From Camelus dromedarius (lineage: Eukaryota): a DNA stretch of 64,000 bases. Positions within the stretch are counted from its first letter, which is position 1. Each line of letters opens with the position of its first letter. Below the pieces are notes generated by a model that had not been told where the DNA came from, made no database searches, and saw only the letters and a list, made by a program, of their open reading frames with translations. A program made the translations under genes and the position numbers. Where the stretch lies: assembly GCF_036321535.1 (NCBI RefSeq), contig NC_087437.1:38256001-38320000 (forward strand). Direction: 5' to 3'. This document shows, in pieces, positions 1 to 13,175 of the stretch.

Positions 1-174
1 GACAAAGAAGAAGAAATGGTACCAAAGGAGAAGGACAGTTCACACAAATTCTATAGCCAGCCTCTAACTAAGTTCAGGATTTGTTCTGTAAGCACGCATG
101 CATCCACCCATTTCTAATAGTTATGCAGTGTTCAGTTGTTATTGGTGCTGTGTTTAGAGCTGAAGAGCAAGAAG

Positions 175-442
175 AATGCACTCTCACTAGGGGTGATAGT
201 ACACCCAAGGAGACACAATCTGGTTCTTTAGGAGCAAAAAAAGAGAAAGTTTTACTCTCTCTCTCTCTCTCTCTTTTTTTTTAATGTATAAGCACAAGTA
301 TACATATAGTACATAGGCTATATAAGTATTATTTGTAGTATTAAATTTTCATGTGGAGTGATAAGAAAAAAATAGAAGTCTAAAAAGGCTCCATGGGGAG
401 GGGTAGTGATTAAAAAAAAAAAAAAAAGGCTGAGAAATGCTG
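175..442. mobile_element. hAT-Charlie MITE, MER112-like
   Basis: Ends atgcactctca... and ...aaaggctgagaaatgctg are Charlie-type TIRs; internal 'gtattaaattttcatg...gtctaaaaaggctcc' matches my recall of MER112. Contains a (CT)n/poly-T expansion. Confidence 0.75.
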
Positions 443-608
443 ATGTGAAGGGAAGTTAAACATGGTAGTAACAGTCACAACTCCAGAATTTCTATATTGA
501 GGGGACGGGAGTTTAGGAATGATAATCTGGTTGGGATCGGGACAGGAGAAGGAAGTGCTTGTAGAAAAGTTAGGCACTTTTGCTTGAAAGGTTATTGCAT
601 TTGCATAT

Positions 609-915
609 TGTGGTAGCCAGAATTCTAAAATGGAATCCCGAGATCCCAGACTCCTAGTGTACATGGCTGGTATAATCCAATCCCCTTGAGTGTAGGCAGG
701 ATCTGTGAGTATGATGAGTGCTAATTCCGTGATTAGATTACATGGCAAGGGTGAAGCGGTTTTGCAAATGAAATTAAGGTTCCCAATTAGTTGACTTTGA
801 GTCAATCCAAAGAGGGATTATGCTCAGCGGACCTGCCCTAATTAGATGAGGTCCTTCAAACAGGGTGAAGCATCAGAAACACCCTCCTGGTCACCTTGAA
901 GAAAGAGAACAATCA
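609..915 (+). mobile_element. ERVL-MaLR LTR fragment, MLT1E-like (5' half)
   Basis: Starts tgtggtagccagaattctaaaatgg; contains ccccttgagtgtaggcagga, ttacatggcaagggtgaa, aattaaggttcccaattagttgactttgag. Confidence 0.8.
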
Positions 916-2461
916 TTTATTTGATACAGATTTAGAGCCTGACATTGATACTAAAATCTACCTGCCACACCTGTGCTACCACTGACAACAGAGAAGTTTT
1001 ATACAAAAAAAAACTGGGTGAGAAGTGAAGTGCTAAAGTTAGCCATCCTTTTAAAGTACTGTCGAGGAGGGACATTATTCTGATGGTGATTTTCAGGGGA
1101 TTGTTTTAATTGTCAAAATTCATACAGTACTTAAAATTTAAAGCTATGGTCCCATATACACTGGTTTGTCTTTCAACCCAAGGTAGGTATTATTAAGTGC
1201 ACTTGAGAGCTGGGATCAGTCACATCTATACAACCAAGCTGACCAACCCAAGGTGCTGCTTCGATACTGGATCAAAACCTGGAACCTCATTTCTTTCTCC
1301 TACATTTTCCTACTCTAGCCCATTCTAGGGGTGGTTTAATCTCTTCATTTAGAATCCAACCTTCATCTGATTTATGATATTGCTTACCAGAATATTTCAC
1401 TTTAGGAGAAGTGAAGAAGAAAACAATTTTTATTGTAAAGGCAGATAAATATGCATGACCAGAATAAATAAACACAGCTATGTTTAGTACTTTTATTTTA
1501 TGATAAATGTTAATTCTCTTAGAATGGCTGCAGCCATGACATGCTTCATGTTTCAACTGAAAACTGACGTATCCTGCAGTAATGGCTCCTTCACAAGATA
1601 AAACATTGATTCTCTATGCAATTTCAGATCTGATTACTACTGATTATTGATTAAGAAGTTCTATGCTGTGGAGATTCCCTCTCCCTAAAATTTACAAATA
1701 AATAAGAAACTATTTCAGCCCTCTGTGATTATAGAAAGAAGCCCCATATTTTGTGTACTGAGGGAATCCATTTACTTGTTGATATTTAATAAATTCCTTT
1801 GCCAAACATTACAATTACTTCTTTTTCTCGAAAATTGTATCTATGTCCATATATCCTCAATTCCTAAATTTCATATTATATTTCACAAGGTTTACACTCA
1901 CTTTTCAAGTTTGAAAAAATGCTTCTATTTTTGCTGTGAAGTTAACTGTGAAGAACTGAAAAAGATCCTTACATAAGCTGAGTGCATGGTATCTTTTAAG
2001 CTATTTATAACTCACACATAGCAATGCTACTTGTAGCCCCTCTAGAAATCTCTCCTGCACAGATGCCTGGGGGGTGTTGAACTAATACAGTGCATACTGT
2101 GTCCCTTTGAAAGATTCTGTGAGTTAGCCAGGATAAGCAGATTCTATACTAACAACTTTGATAAGTGCCACTGTAAAGGCATTTGAAGGCCAAAGAATCT
2201 TGTTCTGGCATGTCTCCATAAAGGTCCACAGAATGTGGAACTCTAAGACTACAGATGGGAAAATTAGGATAAACAGTTTGCCACTCTTGGTCTCCAATTC
2301 ATGAAATTGTATTGTATATTTTCCTTCAGTTTACCCAAGCAGCTAGCCCCCAGCAAATTCCCAGGCATCATCACAAGTATTTATCCTCGTTGGAGGCTCT
2401 TTTTGCCTGGTCATCAAATGGTGACTCCCAAACTGTTCTCATGAAACTGACCTTCAATACT

Positions 2462-2900
2462 TGTAATAGGCTGAATAATTGCCCTAGAAAGATGTCCATA
2501 TCCTAATATGCAGAATCTGTGTGTGTTACCTTACATGGCAAAAACAAAACAAAAATAAAAACAACAAAACAACAACAATCTTGAGTGTTGGGATTAAGAA
2601 TTTTGAGATGAGAGCATTATCTAGGTGGGCCCGGTGTAATCTCAAGGATCCTCACATAGGAAATCACAGGAAAAGGTAATGTGATAATGGAAGCAGAGAT
2701 TAAGGGGATATGGCTAGGATCCAGCTGGCAGCCTTCAGAATCCAAGAAACAAGGAAAGTTCCTTGATGAAACTTCGATTCTGGTCCAGTGAGGCGCATGT
2801 CAGACAACTGACCTACAAGACTGTAAAAGAATAAATTTGTGTTGTTTTAAACCACTGCATTCATGGTAATTTGCTACATCAGCAATTGGAAACAAATACA
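2462..2900 (+). mobile_element. ERVL-MaLR solo LTR, MLT1B/C/D-like
   Basis: TG...CA ends (tgtaataggctgaataat ... ggaaacaaataca); gttaccttacatggcaaaa and aataaatttgtgttgttttaa are MLT1 hallmarks. Confidence 0.85.
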
Positions 2901-3961
2901 GTATTTTTTCCTATATGTTTATTTGAGGAGGGCAAATGAAATAATTTTAAGGGGAAGAAGTACTAAGTATCGAAATCTCTGGTGAGACTAAACATGTCAA
3001 AGCTTATGAGCTTTAAGAAATATTTCCAAATATAAATTTGAATTCTCACGAAGTTTCTCCCTGAGATGTAAGTGATGTTTATAATAAGTTTCCACAGTCT
3101 GTAGTCCTATAGTTCTTTTTTTCTCCCATGCTTTTTAGAGATAGCCAAGTGCTTTATATTTATTGACTCATAATTTCCCAGTGTTATCCTACGTGGTAGC
3201 TGCTATTTTAACATGCACATTCACATACTCAGGAAATTACGGAAAGACTTTTGACCTCAGACAATGTGGCTTCAGAACTGATATTCTTAAGTTAATCACT
3301 GATACTATACTCTCTATATGAAATTCACCAAACTTCAAAATCTTTTCCTAAATTCCTAATAGGAATTCTATTAAAAAATCAGCTGTCCATTAATTGAAAG
3401 AACTAATGTCCAAAATGAATAAAGTAATGGAAGCAATACAATTTAGCAAAAAGTATAAAATATGCAAAGATGATGCCCTGCCATTACATAAAGCAAAAAC
3501 TCCGAGGAGAACTCAGCCTTCCATGCCACAGCACTGATTGCTCTCAGGGCTGGTGTGGCCAGGAGGCAGATTTCCTCATTCTCTGGCTCGGCACTCTCCA
3601 CTCACGGACCCCCTACTTGCTTCTTCATTCTATTCCCACCCATTACTCAACATTTATCTAACAAACATTGATGGGACCCTCTGTGTAATAGAGTCAGAAA
3701 CTCTAAGAATATATACATATCCTCAAAAATATTTTTATTACAATCGTGGTAAGGGCTACAAACACCACCACAAAATATCATCCTTATATCCCAAATGATG
3801 TCATAATTGCAGAAATTACTCAGTGTGCAAAGGTAGTCTCAAAAACTTAGAATTTATCTTTTTACTATCGACTACATCTGTATTGCTTTAGGCATATCTT
3901 GAGATATACTCAAATGATCATACATAGAATTTGTCTCAAAGACAAGGGCACTCTACAACGT

Positions 3962-4048
3962 TACACCTGCTTTCTTCTTCTTTTTTTTTAAATTGAAGTA
4001 TAGTTGATTTGCAATATTGTATTAGTTTCTGGTGTACACCTGCTTTCT
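3962..4048 (-). mobile_element. Extremely 5'-truncated L1 3' end (~59 bp) with perfect 14-bp TSD
   Basis: tacacctgctttct at 3962-3975 and 4035-4048 flanks poly-T + aattgaagtatagttgatttgcaatattg, the same L1 tail seen at ~20330, ~56270 and ~63960. Confidence 0.85.
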
Positions 4049-5819
4049 AATGTTAATGGAAATCCATCAGAATGTGAGTAGCTAGTCCTGAGGTTAAGAA
4101 AATATTAACCGGTTAAAAATAGTAACATGGCATTCCCCCCAAAATTCTATTGTTACTGCCACGCTACCTTCTCTTCATACCTACTATTTAATTAGTGAAA
4201 GTCCTGCCATTTCTCTCCCTGGCCCCACTTCTCCCAAGCTATCTAGCTCGACATGCAAATACTAAACATGCTTTTTCTATACTCTAATTGATATAACGGA
4301 AGTGGTTTGGTTCAACACCAGAGGCATTTTTGTCTCTGGTATTAGAATGCCAACAGATAAACCTCCTACTATGACTGGAAATTCCAGGCTATCTGACTTG
4401 GCTTTCAAATGCTTCTGATTCTCAGCTCACCAGCTTATCATTTCTGTTTGTGCTATTTACCGTTAATGACCTAGTCTTATACCAGAATTTATTTCTCTCC
4501 TTATTATACACCATTTAGCAGAGAAAATTGCACTAAAACGTGCAAAGTTGGAAGTGACAGGTGGAGTATGATTTCATAGGCCTCTTGAAATTTATGTGGG
4601 CAATATTAAAGTTTCCTGGCTGCACACTGTCTGGAAGAGTAACTTTAGTGAGCAAGAGCACATTCTTGTGCACTTGAGTTTTGTGCTCATTGTCTTCCAG
4701 CTGCAGGACCAAGCTTGAAGAGCATAAATCCCCTTTTGCTAGAAGACGCCTGCTTGCTCGTGCTGGGGTTTTAAAGTTTGAGAGCTTATGTTTCTGTTTA
4801 CTAAAACTATTCACTGAAGGTTCAGCACATGTTATTATTACCATGCTATTAAAGTTGCCAGGTAACATTCTTATTAATTTATTTTTATTTCCTCCAACTT
4901 ATTCTCCCCTATTTTATAACAGAGCCCTCTGTCCCTAGTAAAGTATTTAAAGTGGGTTTACTATATTTACAGAAACAGAAAATACCGTAATGACTATAAA
5001 AATGTTAAAGCCAGTCCATGGTGGCTAATATTATGGACCCTGGTTGTAAATACCAAAAATTAATTTAGCTGAGAGAAAAGTTGGAATTTAAAGCAGCTGC
5101 CTCTATCAGCTTTCTCCCAATTAAAGTAGCTCAGTGCGTCTTCAAAAGAAAATAGTTAAAGGAGTATGGATTAGGAAGAAATTAAGTGCTCCAGGAACTT
5201 TCGTAAAAATAATTTTTCTTTCCTAGCTAATAAGCTATTTTATCTTCGATATATCAAACAGCAGACCAAAGTGAACATTTCCATTTATTTTGGCAACATA
5301 TCCTTGTTATTATTTTGAAGTGAAGAACTTGACTTCAAATTATTTTCTGACTACTAAGTAGGACACTGTATTTTTTTTTTAGGTGAAAATATATATTTGA
5401 TTAACCATTTAGGTTATCATAGGCTCACAGTGCCAAAAGACTTCTTTCTACAGAATGATTTCTCAGATACTTTGGTATTACTGCACTGAATGTTACCACC
5501 CAAAGGTAATGCTATAAAAGAAAAAGATTCTGAAAGCCGTTTATATACCCAAGAGATAAAACCACACTAAAACTTTATCTGGCAAACTACCATGTGGGAC
5601 TATAAGTTAAAGAGATATATGTCTCGTGTTGAATAGTATTTGGGGCAGTTTCCTTACTCTGTGTGTATTTGTGAATATAGTTGTGTTACACGAATGAACC
5701 CTGGAAAGGGACCATATTTTCTATCTGCTTTGCTGTGTTTTTCTCATAGTTGTCTTCTGCAATTTATAAACTGCTCATTGTTGGATCTGGGATTTAATCA
5801 CCTATGCACAACTTAAAAG

Positions 5820-6260
5820 GTGGACATTAACTGTTACATATGCGAGCGGAAGACAAGACTGCTGAGTCAGCGGTCAGGCTTCTGTTACAGCACAGCGAGC
5901 AGCATGACCATCAGCATATTTGTGTCACTTCTCTTCGCCCTCAAGTTTCACGGGGTCCACACGAAGCAGCCCAGTGGCTCATGGATGCAGCATTCATGCC
6001 ACATCTGCAGTGGTTTTCTTCATAGTTGATGAACACTGACCTTGGGGAATCAAATGCTTTTATATTAAGCAATAAGCATACCTACTCCTTGTCCCATAAT
6101 ACTCCATCCCTCAAGGTTGCTCACTGCAAGCACAACTCTGGGAAATGGCATAGGTCACGGGCTGCGGGCTTTGTATTCTTGGCACACTCAGGAAGACACA
6201 GGGAAACGAAAAGCCCAAAGAGGATTTCCAGTATTCGTATACTGCCCCTCTCCCCAACAT
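5820..6260. promoter_or_regulatory. Candidate enhancer (CpG-retaining, MARE/AP-1 motif)
   Basis: Unique sequence with about 7 CpGs in 5840-5965 against a CpG-depleted background; TGCTGAGTCAGC at 5860-5871. Confidence 0.35.
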
Positions 6261-7499
6261 AATAGAAACAATTAATGACTGACTTGTTTGTACAGCTGTG
6301 GTACACTTTGGAAGGAATTTCAGAGTACTAATGATGCGTAAGTGAGGTATGACTGTAAATTATTTAAATGAATTTACCCTATTTTAGAAAAGATGGACTA
6401 TTTAAATAAAATTGAAACAATCCAAATTCCTGTTTTGTTCAAATTCTAGAAATATAAAATTTTACTTGCAAAATTTATTCGTTTAGCAAAGCAGCTATTA
6501 AATGATATAATATGGTTTCATACTAGTCCAAGATGTGCAGGTAACAAGAAAATTATTAGCATGAAAACAGAGCTGCTATCCAATTACTTATCTCTTAGTT
6601 TCTCAAAAATAAAAATGTTCCCTGGGTGAATTTAAGAAGCAAATAGATAATCAACTATCATAGTTAAGACATCTGTTTATCTGACTGCAAGAGAAGCTAG
6701 TTGACATTATATGAGATTATAATCACTGTATTATTTTATAAGTAATAAAATATACTAGTTTTATAAATTTGAATAAAATTTTCAAACGTATTCAGAGAGA
6801 TGAACTGTCTTTTAAGAAGTAAAATATGACTTTTTAAATTATATTTAATACCAAGTAAAATATGGGAAAGTAGGATTTACTCATGTTAATTCTGAAGAAG
6901 CTGAAGTTCAAATTATTTAAGTGCTTGGTCTAATTTCTGGAGAAGAACAGTTGCTTGACAACAATTTTAAAATTGAACCTTTGAAGGCCTCCAAAAGATG
7001 GAAATCACATTATTTCTTCTTCCTGGCTTGGAATAAAAAGTATATAAAATTAGAATAATTCACAGTTTATTGCTGGTCTATCATTTACCATACAAAATGA
7101 TGCATTAAAATCTACACGCTTTCTACAATTGAATGGTAATTGTCACTTTATATGTGTATGCCTTATCTTCACATTGTGTTCATTAACTCCTTCAGAGAAA
7201 AAAAATCTTTTGAATTACAATTATTTACTGAAATATTACTTTGTTTTTTTGCTATATTTTCTCCTTTTTTAGTTTGAACTGGGATAATAATTCCCTGCCT
7301 TGTAGATTCTGGCCAGGCTTTAAACAAAAGCAGCAGTGAATCAAGCCTCTCAATATATTTTTTTTTTCTAATGCCCTAAATATATTCCAGGAATGCTCAG
7401 TAAGGATAGGAAGAGACAGTGAAAGAATATTTGGAAATTGAGAAGAAAGTAGATTTTTTCAAAGTACTGTGAAGGTAGTGGTAGTCTATGGTCCCATGT

Positions 7500-7710
7500 C
7501 TATGTCTTAATGAGGTCTTTCCTGACCACCTTATTCAAATTCCTTACACTGTTTCCCTCCTCACCTTCTCTGTATTTCCCATATAAATTATTACCTTCTA
7601 ACACACTGTATAATTTACTCATTTGCTCTGTTTCTTGTAGAAGTCTTTCTTCTTCCCGTAAAAAGCAAGTTCCACAGAAGCAGAATTTGGTTCATAATTG
7701 TTTCTTATTT
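7500..7710 (+). mobile_element. L2 3' fragment
   Basis: gaggtctttcctgaccaccttattcaaa...aagttccacagaagcagaattt resembles the L2a 3' region. Confidence 0.6.
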
Positions 7711-8679
7711 TACCCAACTTCAAAAGTAAAAGACTATTACACTTTTTAAAATGATGACTAGCAAGGCAAAATAAAGAATAAGTGCATCAAAAAATCTGGA
7801 ATTTCTGACTTGAAGGTGGGCAGGTGAAAGAAAAATAAATAGAGCTCAGATACAAAATTTTAATTCAGCAAATTTTATAGAGGTATATGAACTGCATCCA
7901 GTTATTTTATGAATCAATAAATAACTTTGAGTTTTTAATTAATTGGACTAATGGATGACATAGATGTAGTGTATGAATATTGTAACAGGTGACATTTTAC
8001 ATTGATTAACAGGATAATTAAAGAATATTAATAGTCACAGTGCAAGAAAATGATTAACAATTCACTACTTCATCCCTTTATATGCAAAAAAGGAATTAGC
8101 AAAGCTGCTTTATTCAGAAGATCAAAAGAGAGAGAGGTCTATTTTTGTCAGACATATTTTTAAAAATCCATTTTGTAAGTAATTTTTTCTTTTTCTATGA
8201 ATATGTATTTTTTTAAAACAGAAGGAAAGAAAAATTTGAACATGTTTAAGATTGTGCTAGATCAAGTCCTTAAAAACCTATAAATGGCCACTCTAAATAT
8301 TTTGTAGCCGCAAGGAATGAACATATAAAAATGAAAGAGACTGCCTGTTTATTGAAACTCATTTTTCAGTTTTCCTTTAAAAATACACCTGAATATCAAG
8401 AAAGTTAAACAAGGTGATGATAACCTGATTTCACTGTTCTACTTCAAATTAGTCCAAAGAGAATAAAAAACCTCTCAACCTGTCAGAATCTAAAGATATA
8501 CCTTTATATATTATCTTAGATCTTTATAATATATAGTTACACATTAAAGGTTTGTTCATATCTTCATTCATCTCTAGTTATTTTTTTCTTTCTAAATTCC
8601 TGTCTAGCACAGTGACAAAGAACAGATGCAGTCTTTGTACTTCCTCTTCTACATTTCCATCTTCTTTACCTCAGGAGGC

Positions 8680-8830
8680 ATTTCAGAACAGTGAAGAAAG
8701 TACAAGATATGGGAGGGGGCTGTGAATTCTAGTTCATTCATTTACTCCATGTAGTAACCAGGGCAAGTTGCCAAACATTTCTGAAGACTAGATTTTTTTT
8801 TTCCTTTTGGAAAAGGATGAATATAGAAAG
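8680..8830 (+). mobile_element. MIR SINE fragment
   Basis: gtgaattctagttc...gggcaagttgccaaacatttctgaag resembles the MIR core. Confidence 0.5.
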
Positions 8831-9344
8831 GACTTGGCTAAATTTTTCACATTAAAAATCACATGAAGTTGCAATTATATATTATGTATGTGATAAAAGA
8901 CCATTCATGTTTCATTTCCCTGGTCCCTGATCCCAATAACTAACAATATTCTCACACTGCCCTTGCTGTTTTTTTTTTTTTCCTACTGGATCCAATAAAC
9001 CCAATCAGTGTAAACCAGATTTTTATGATTCACTTTTCTCTAGGGATATTTCTATTTTAATAACTCTAAAGGCATATATTAATACAAAGAAATGAATATC
9101 CATTCATAGAACAGAGATACTAGCATATGATTTAGGAATGGGAGCAATAATACTTAATTACATTATACAGACAATTGCCTTGTTCTGCACATAAACCAGA
9201 TAATAATAACTGTTGTATGTTCTCCTTTTTTATTTTAACTTATTTTAGTTTATTCATTGAGTTCCATAAATTTTTGTTTTGGGGGGTGAGATTGAATAAT
9301 GAGTAAGTATATTTGGTAGAATTAAATACTTACTAAGTAAAAGT

Positions 9345-9425
9345 AAATTGAGCACCTACTACATGCATAGCATATTTCTAGGTACTAGGAATATAAATAG
9401 AAGGAAAAAAAAGACACAGACACAT
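9345..9425 (-). mobile_element. L2 3' tail
   Basis: attgagcacctactacatgc...ctaggtactaggaatata is the reverse L2 terminus. Confidence 0.55.
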
Positions 9426-9589
9426 TTTCGTTAGAAACATCTGTAACACAGAAAAAATGGAAGAACACTGGACTTAAGTAACTCCAGCTGGACCTGCACC
9501 TTAGAGTTAAGTCAGTTTATTATTGTGAGATTTAAAGCCCCCATCTATCAATTGACAAGGTGGAAAAAGATAATTTTAAGTTTCTTCTA

Positions 9590-10330
9590 GTCTTAAGAAA
9601 GTATAGATAGGTTATTTATACAAGATATCAATAAATCCAGTTGGAAGAAATCAGCTAAAATATTTTGCCAGTTGCCAAAAACAGAACTGGCAACTCTCGG
9701 GTCTAGTATGAGATTATAGAATTTCATGAGCTGCATCCACAAGGGGAACTCACACCTGTACTCAAGCTTTTCTCTACAGACCTCCATAGGCCCCCTCAAA
9801 ATAGATAAGGGTCAAAGCCAGAGACTGGAGAAAGCTTCCTTTGTGGTTCAGGCCTGAGGGAGGAGGACAGCAACTGCTTCAGAGACAGCCAGAGGCCACA
9901 CAGACCTCTTCTCCCCACCTCCCTTGTGGAACAAGGCCTGAACCCACTGTGGAAAGAGTGCTGAACCTCATCACCAACAGGTCACAGGTCACACAGTGCA
10001 GCCCAGACAAGGCCATAAACCACTAAGAATCACCTTCTGCTGGGAGAAGAGGAGCGAAATCACTGAGAAAATCTCATCCATGAGACAAAGGGACACAGAC
10101 CTAACTAAGACTGCTTCTGAACAGTACAACAGAGCAGCACTCCCAACAAAGGGCTAGACAGAATTAAATTAAAAAAGGACTGCAGTTGACTGTCAAGGAG
10201 GGGGAAGGGCAAGGAGAGACACATTCTCTGAGTTACAGGTGAAAGAGAAGACATAAACTGAGTATGGAGAAAATGCGAAGAAAAAAATTTATAGAAAATC
10301 AGCTTCAATGTAACCGCAAGGCAACATCAG
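9590..10330 (+). mobile_element. Probable old L1 5'UTR remnant
   Basis: Purine-rich, GC-elevated block resembling L1M 5' ends; subfamily not identified. Confidence 0.4.
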
Positions 10331-10764
10331 AGGAGCTGGAAGCTGTGGTTTGCTCAGAGTAACTGCCAAACCCAGAGCAGGTTAAAACCTACACTAGATA
10401 GAAAATATATGTGCATTTCCAGGAATGGATAATACTTACTACATTTTCTACTGTCATACAGATATGTCTGGCGTTCTACCAATAATAACAAGGAGGCCTG
10501 TAACAACCAAGCAGTTATACCTCTAGGAAGATGACCTCCACAAACACTGCGTGGCTGAATAGTTTTTATGAACAACAACTTCTCAATAGCTTTTGGTGCC
10601 AGTCATGTCTTACCCTCTTGTTACCTTAGTTACCTTAGAAGGACTATTTAATTCCTTACAGTTAGTAGGAGTTTGAATATTGTCCAAAAGACTTATAAAA
10701 AAATTAAGTAATTGAAAAATTAAATACTAAATAAGTATTTTGATGTTTTCATATCTATTATTTT

Positions 10765-11035
10765 CTTTTAAAATTTATTTTCTAATAAAATTCAAAGTAG
10801 ACTTAAGGTATACAATATATTTTGATATACACATACAAATGAAATGACTACTATAGTCAAGCTAATTAACATATCCATATGTTCACATACTACCCTTTTT
10901 TTGGGGGGGTGAGAGCATCTGAGATCTACTCTTAGCAAATTTGCAACATACAGTACAATATTATTAACTTAACCACCCTGTATATTAGATTCTAAAACTT
11001 ACTCATCTTACATAACTACAATTTTGTACCTCTGT
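10765..11035 (-). mobile_element. L1MA-type 3' end
   Basis: ttaaggtatacaat...agtcaagctaattaacatatcc...atctactcttagcaaattt matches reverse L1MA 3'UTR. Confidence 0.8.
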
Positions 11036-11639
11036 GTAATTTTATAAATGCAATGGGAGATTATTCTATTTGTACTGAGATGTTATTGCATTTGATTCAT
11101 TTTGAATAGGTCAAATACCCTCATGTGGATTAGCTGGGGCACCAGCCGTTAATGTTTACACATAAAATGCAAAGTGCAAAACAGAAATTAACTCAGCTTA
11201 GCAGAGCATTGAACACAAATGATGCGAAGGCCAAAAAGAATAAAAAAAAATTTACAAAGATTTATCTTTAACTCTATTTTTTCACTTCAAATCTGAATCT
11301 AGGATTTTTCTCTCCCACCTTCATCTTTAAGTTGATCCAATTTTTATTAACAATACGGTTAATTATTTCCAAAGGAAAATTATAACATAATAGGTAAGGA
11401 AACAGTAAAATGACCTCCCTGAAAGGATAAAGCCAGATATTTGCCTAGTTACATTAATTAAGCCTGGATATGGTAAAAGTCCTCCACCCGAATCTTTCCA
11501 ACTTTATTCTGTAACTAAGTTTTCACAGCTAGTCATTTTTAAGGATGAAGATACAGTGGTTGTCACTTAATATAATATTTGGGACCAGTTATCTATTATG
11601 TAATTATAAACATTATACTTGATCCATAGTGAGATCATT

Positions 11640-11807
11640 AAAATTTTATTTTTATTTTTTGAAGAGTGATTTTATTTAGGTTTTTTTTGGGGGGAGGTAA
11701 TTAGATTTATTTCTTTATTTAATTTTGAAGGAGACACTGGGGATTGAAACCAGGACCTCATGCATGCTAAGCATGTGCTCTACCACATGAGCTATAACCT
11801 CCCCCCT
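11640..11807 (-). mobile_element. tRNA-Ala-derived SINE (camelid vic-1-like) with TSD
   Basis: Reverse strand GGGGAGGTTATAGCTCATGTGGTAGAGCACATGCTTAGCATGCATGAGGTCCTGGTTTCAATCCCCAG is tRNA-Ala(AGC)-like with A/B boxes and an A-rich tail; TSD cata(g/a)tgagatcatt at 11625-11639 and 11808-11822. Confidence 0.85.
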
Positions 11808-13175
11808 CATAATGAGATCATTTAACCTCTTCCCCTCAAAAATCTGAAGGCATGGGAAACTTTGAAAGGATTTTGATAAAATAAGAAAGGAGATTCTATT
11901 CCAAAGGATCTGAATTTTCTTACAGTGAAACACTGGAGGATTTTGTGAAGCTGAGCAACAGTTAGTTTACAAAAAATCAGAATGAGCTTACCAACTTGTT
12001 CAAAATTGTCCGCATTTCATGAATGTTCAAAAAATTTTGACTTATTTCCTATTTGCTATAGTGAGCCAGAGCGTAGAAGTGTCACATACTTTAAATGTAA
12101 TTGCAAATATAAGCAATTAAATTTTCCATTTTGATGAAAAAAACAAACATTTTCTTCTACCCAGATCATTGAAAATATTGCAACAATAATAACTTCAACC
12201 TTCAAAACAGGAAAATTTATTAATTCTTTCTTCTTCATTTCCTATTTTTTCTGCCATTCATTAGTAAGTGATGGTTCACTTTAAAAGCAGAGCAGAGATT
12301 TATTAGCACAGTCATTAATGCAACAAATTATAAAATACAGAATGTTGTTTTTCTTTAGATATAAGGTGACAGAGTAATTTAGGCACATAATTAATATACA
12401 AAAGTCTGCTTATTTGTCTAAATATTTAGCAATATATAAAATATATACAAAGCTGGCAATAAAATTGTAAATTTTCTGCTACTAGCAAATCTTCACAACC
12501 AAATTAAAACAAATATACTACAAAAATGCTGAGAGACTCTTAAGTTTGCTGCTACTAAAATATTCATACTTAAACATCAAATAGTATGTCCAGGTCATTA
12601 ACAGTTCGTTGAGTTTTCCAAAGTCATGATGGGTTTATTTGTACTTTTTAGCAATTCTTCTTGTTAAAATTTGCCTTTTTCTTTCCATGGGTTTGAAAAA
12701 GTTTGCATATTTTATTTGTTTTGTTTTAGGTGTGTTTTTGTTGACATTGGCAACAGTGCATAGAAAATTTGGTATAAACTATTGTTAATTTACATAAAAA
12801 CTCCTGTTTTTTCTTTTCATCTGTTGTAGCTTTGCTAGTTATTAAATCAGTTCTTACATGCAGTTCTTTAAAGTTTAAAAGATGACCAGGTGTGCTGAGA
12901 AAATAGACCTATCTTTCTCTTATTAGCACTATGATGAATAAATACAAGCCGATCTTTGATTTATAATTGAGATCATTTAATTGCGTTGTTTATTGATTTT
13001 TTTAATGAAGTCTGATAAGCAAATGACAAATGCTGCAAAACTCTTTAAGTTTTTCTGGACAATTTCCTAGATAACAATAAATATTTAAATAAGCAACAAC
13101 AAAACCAGGCTACCTTAAGAACAGCAAAATTACTGGCTAGTGCAGTCCACTTGCATGGAGGTGGGGCTCAATTGA

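Noticed and set aside
410..805. 131-aa ORF
   Set aside because: Runs antisense through an MLT1 LTR into a poly-A tract; no homology recognised.
11730..11807. tRNA-Ala gene
   Set aside because: Has an A-rich SINE tail and TSD, and the T-loop is altered, so it is a SINE head.
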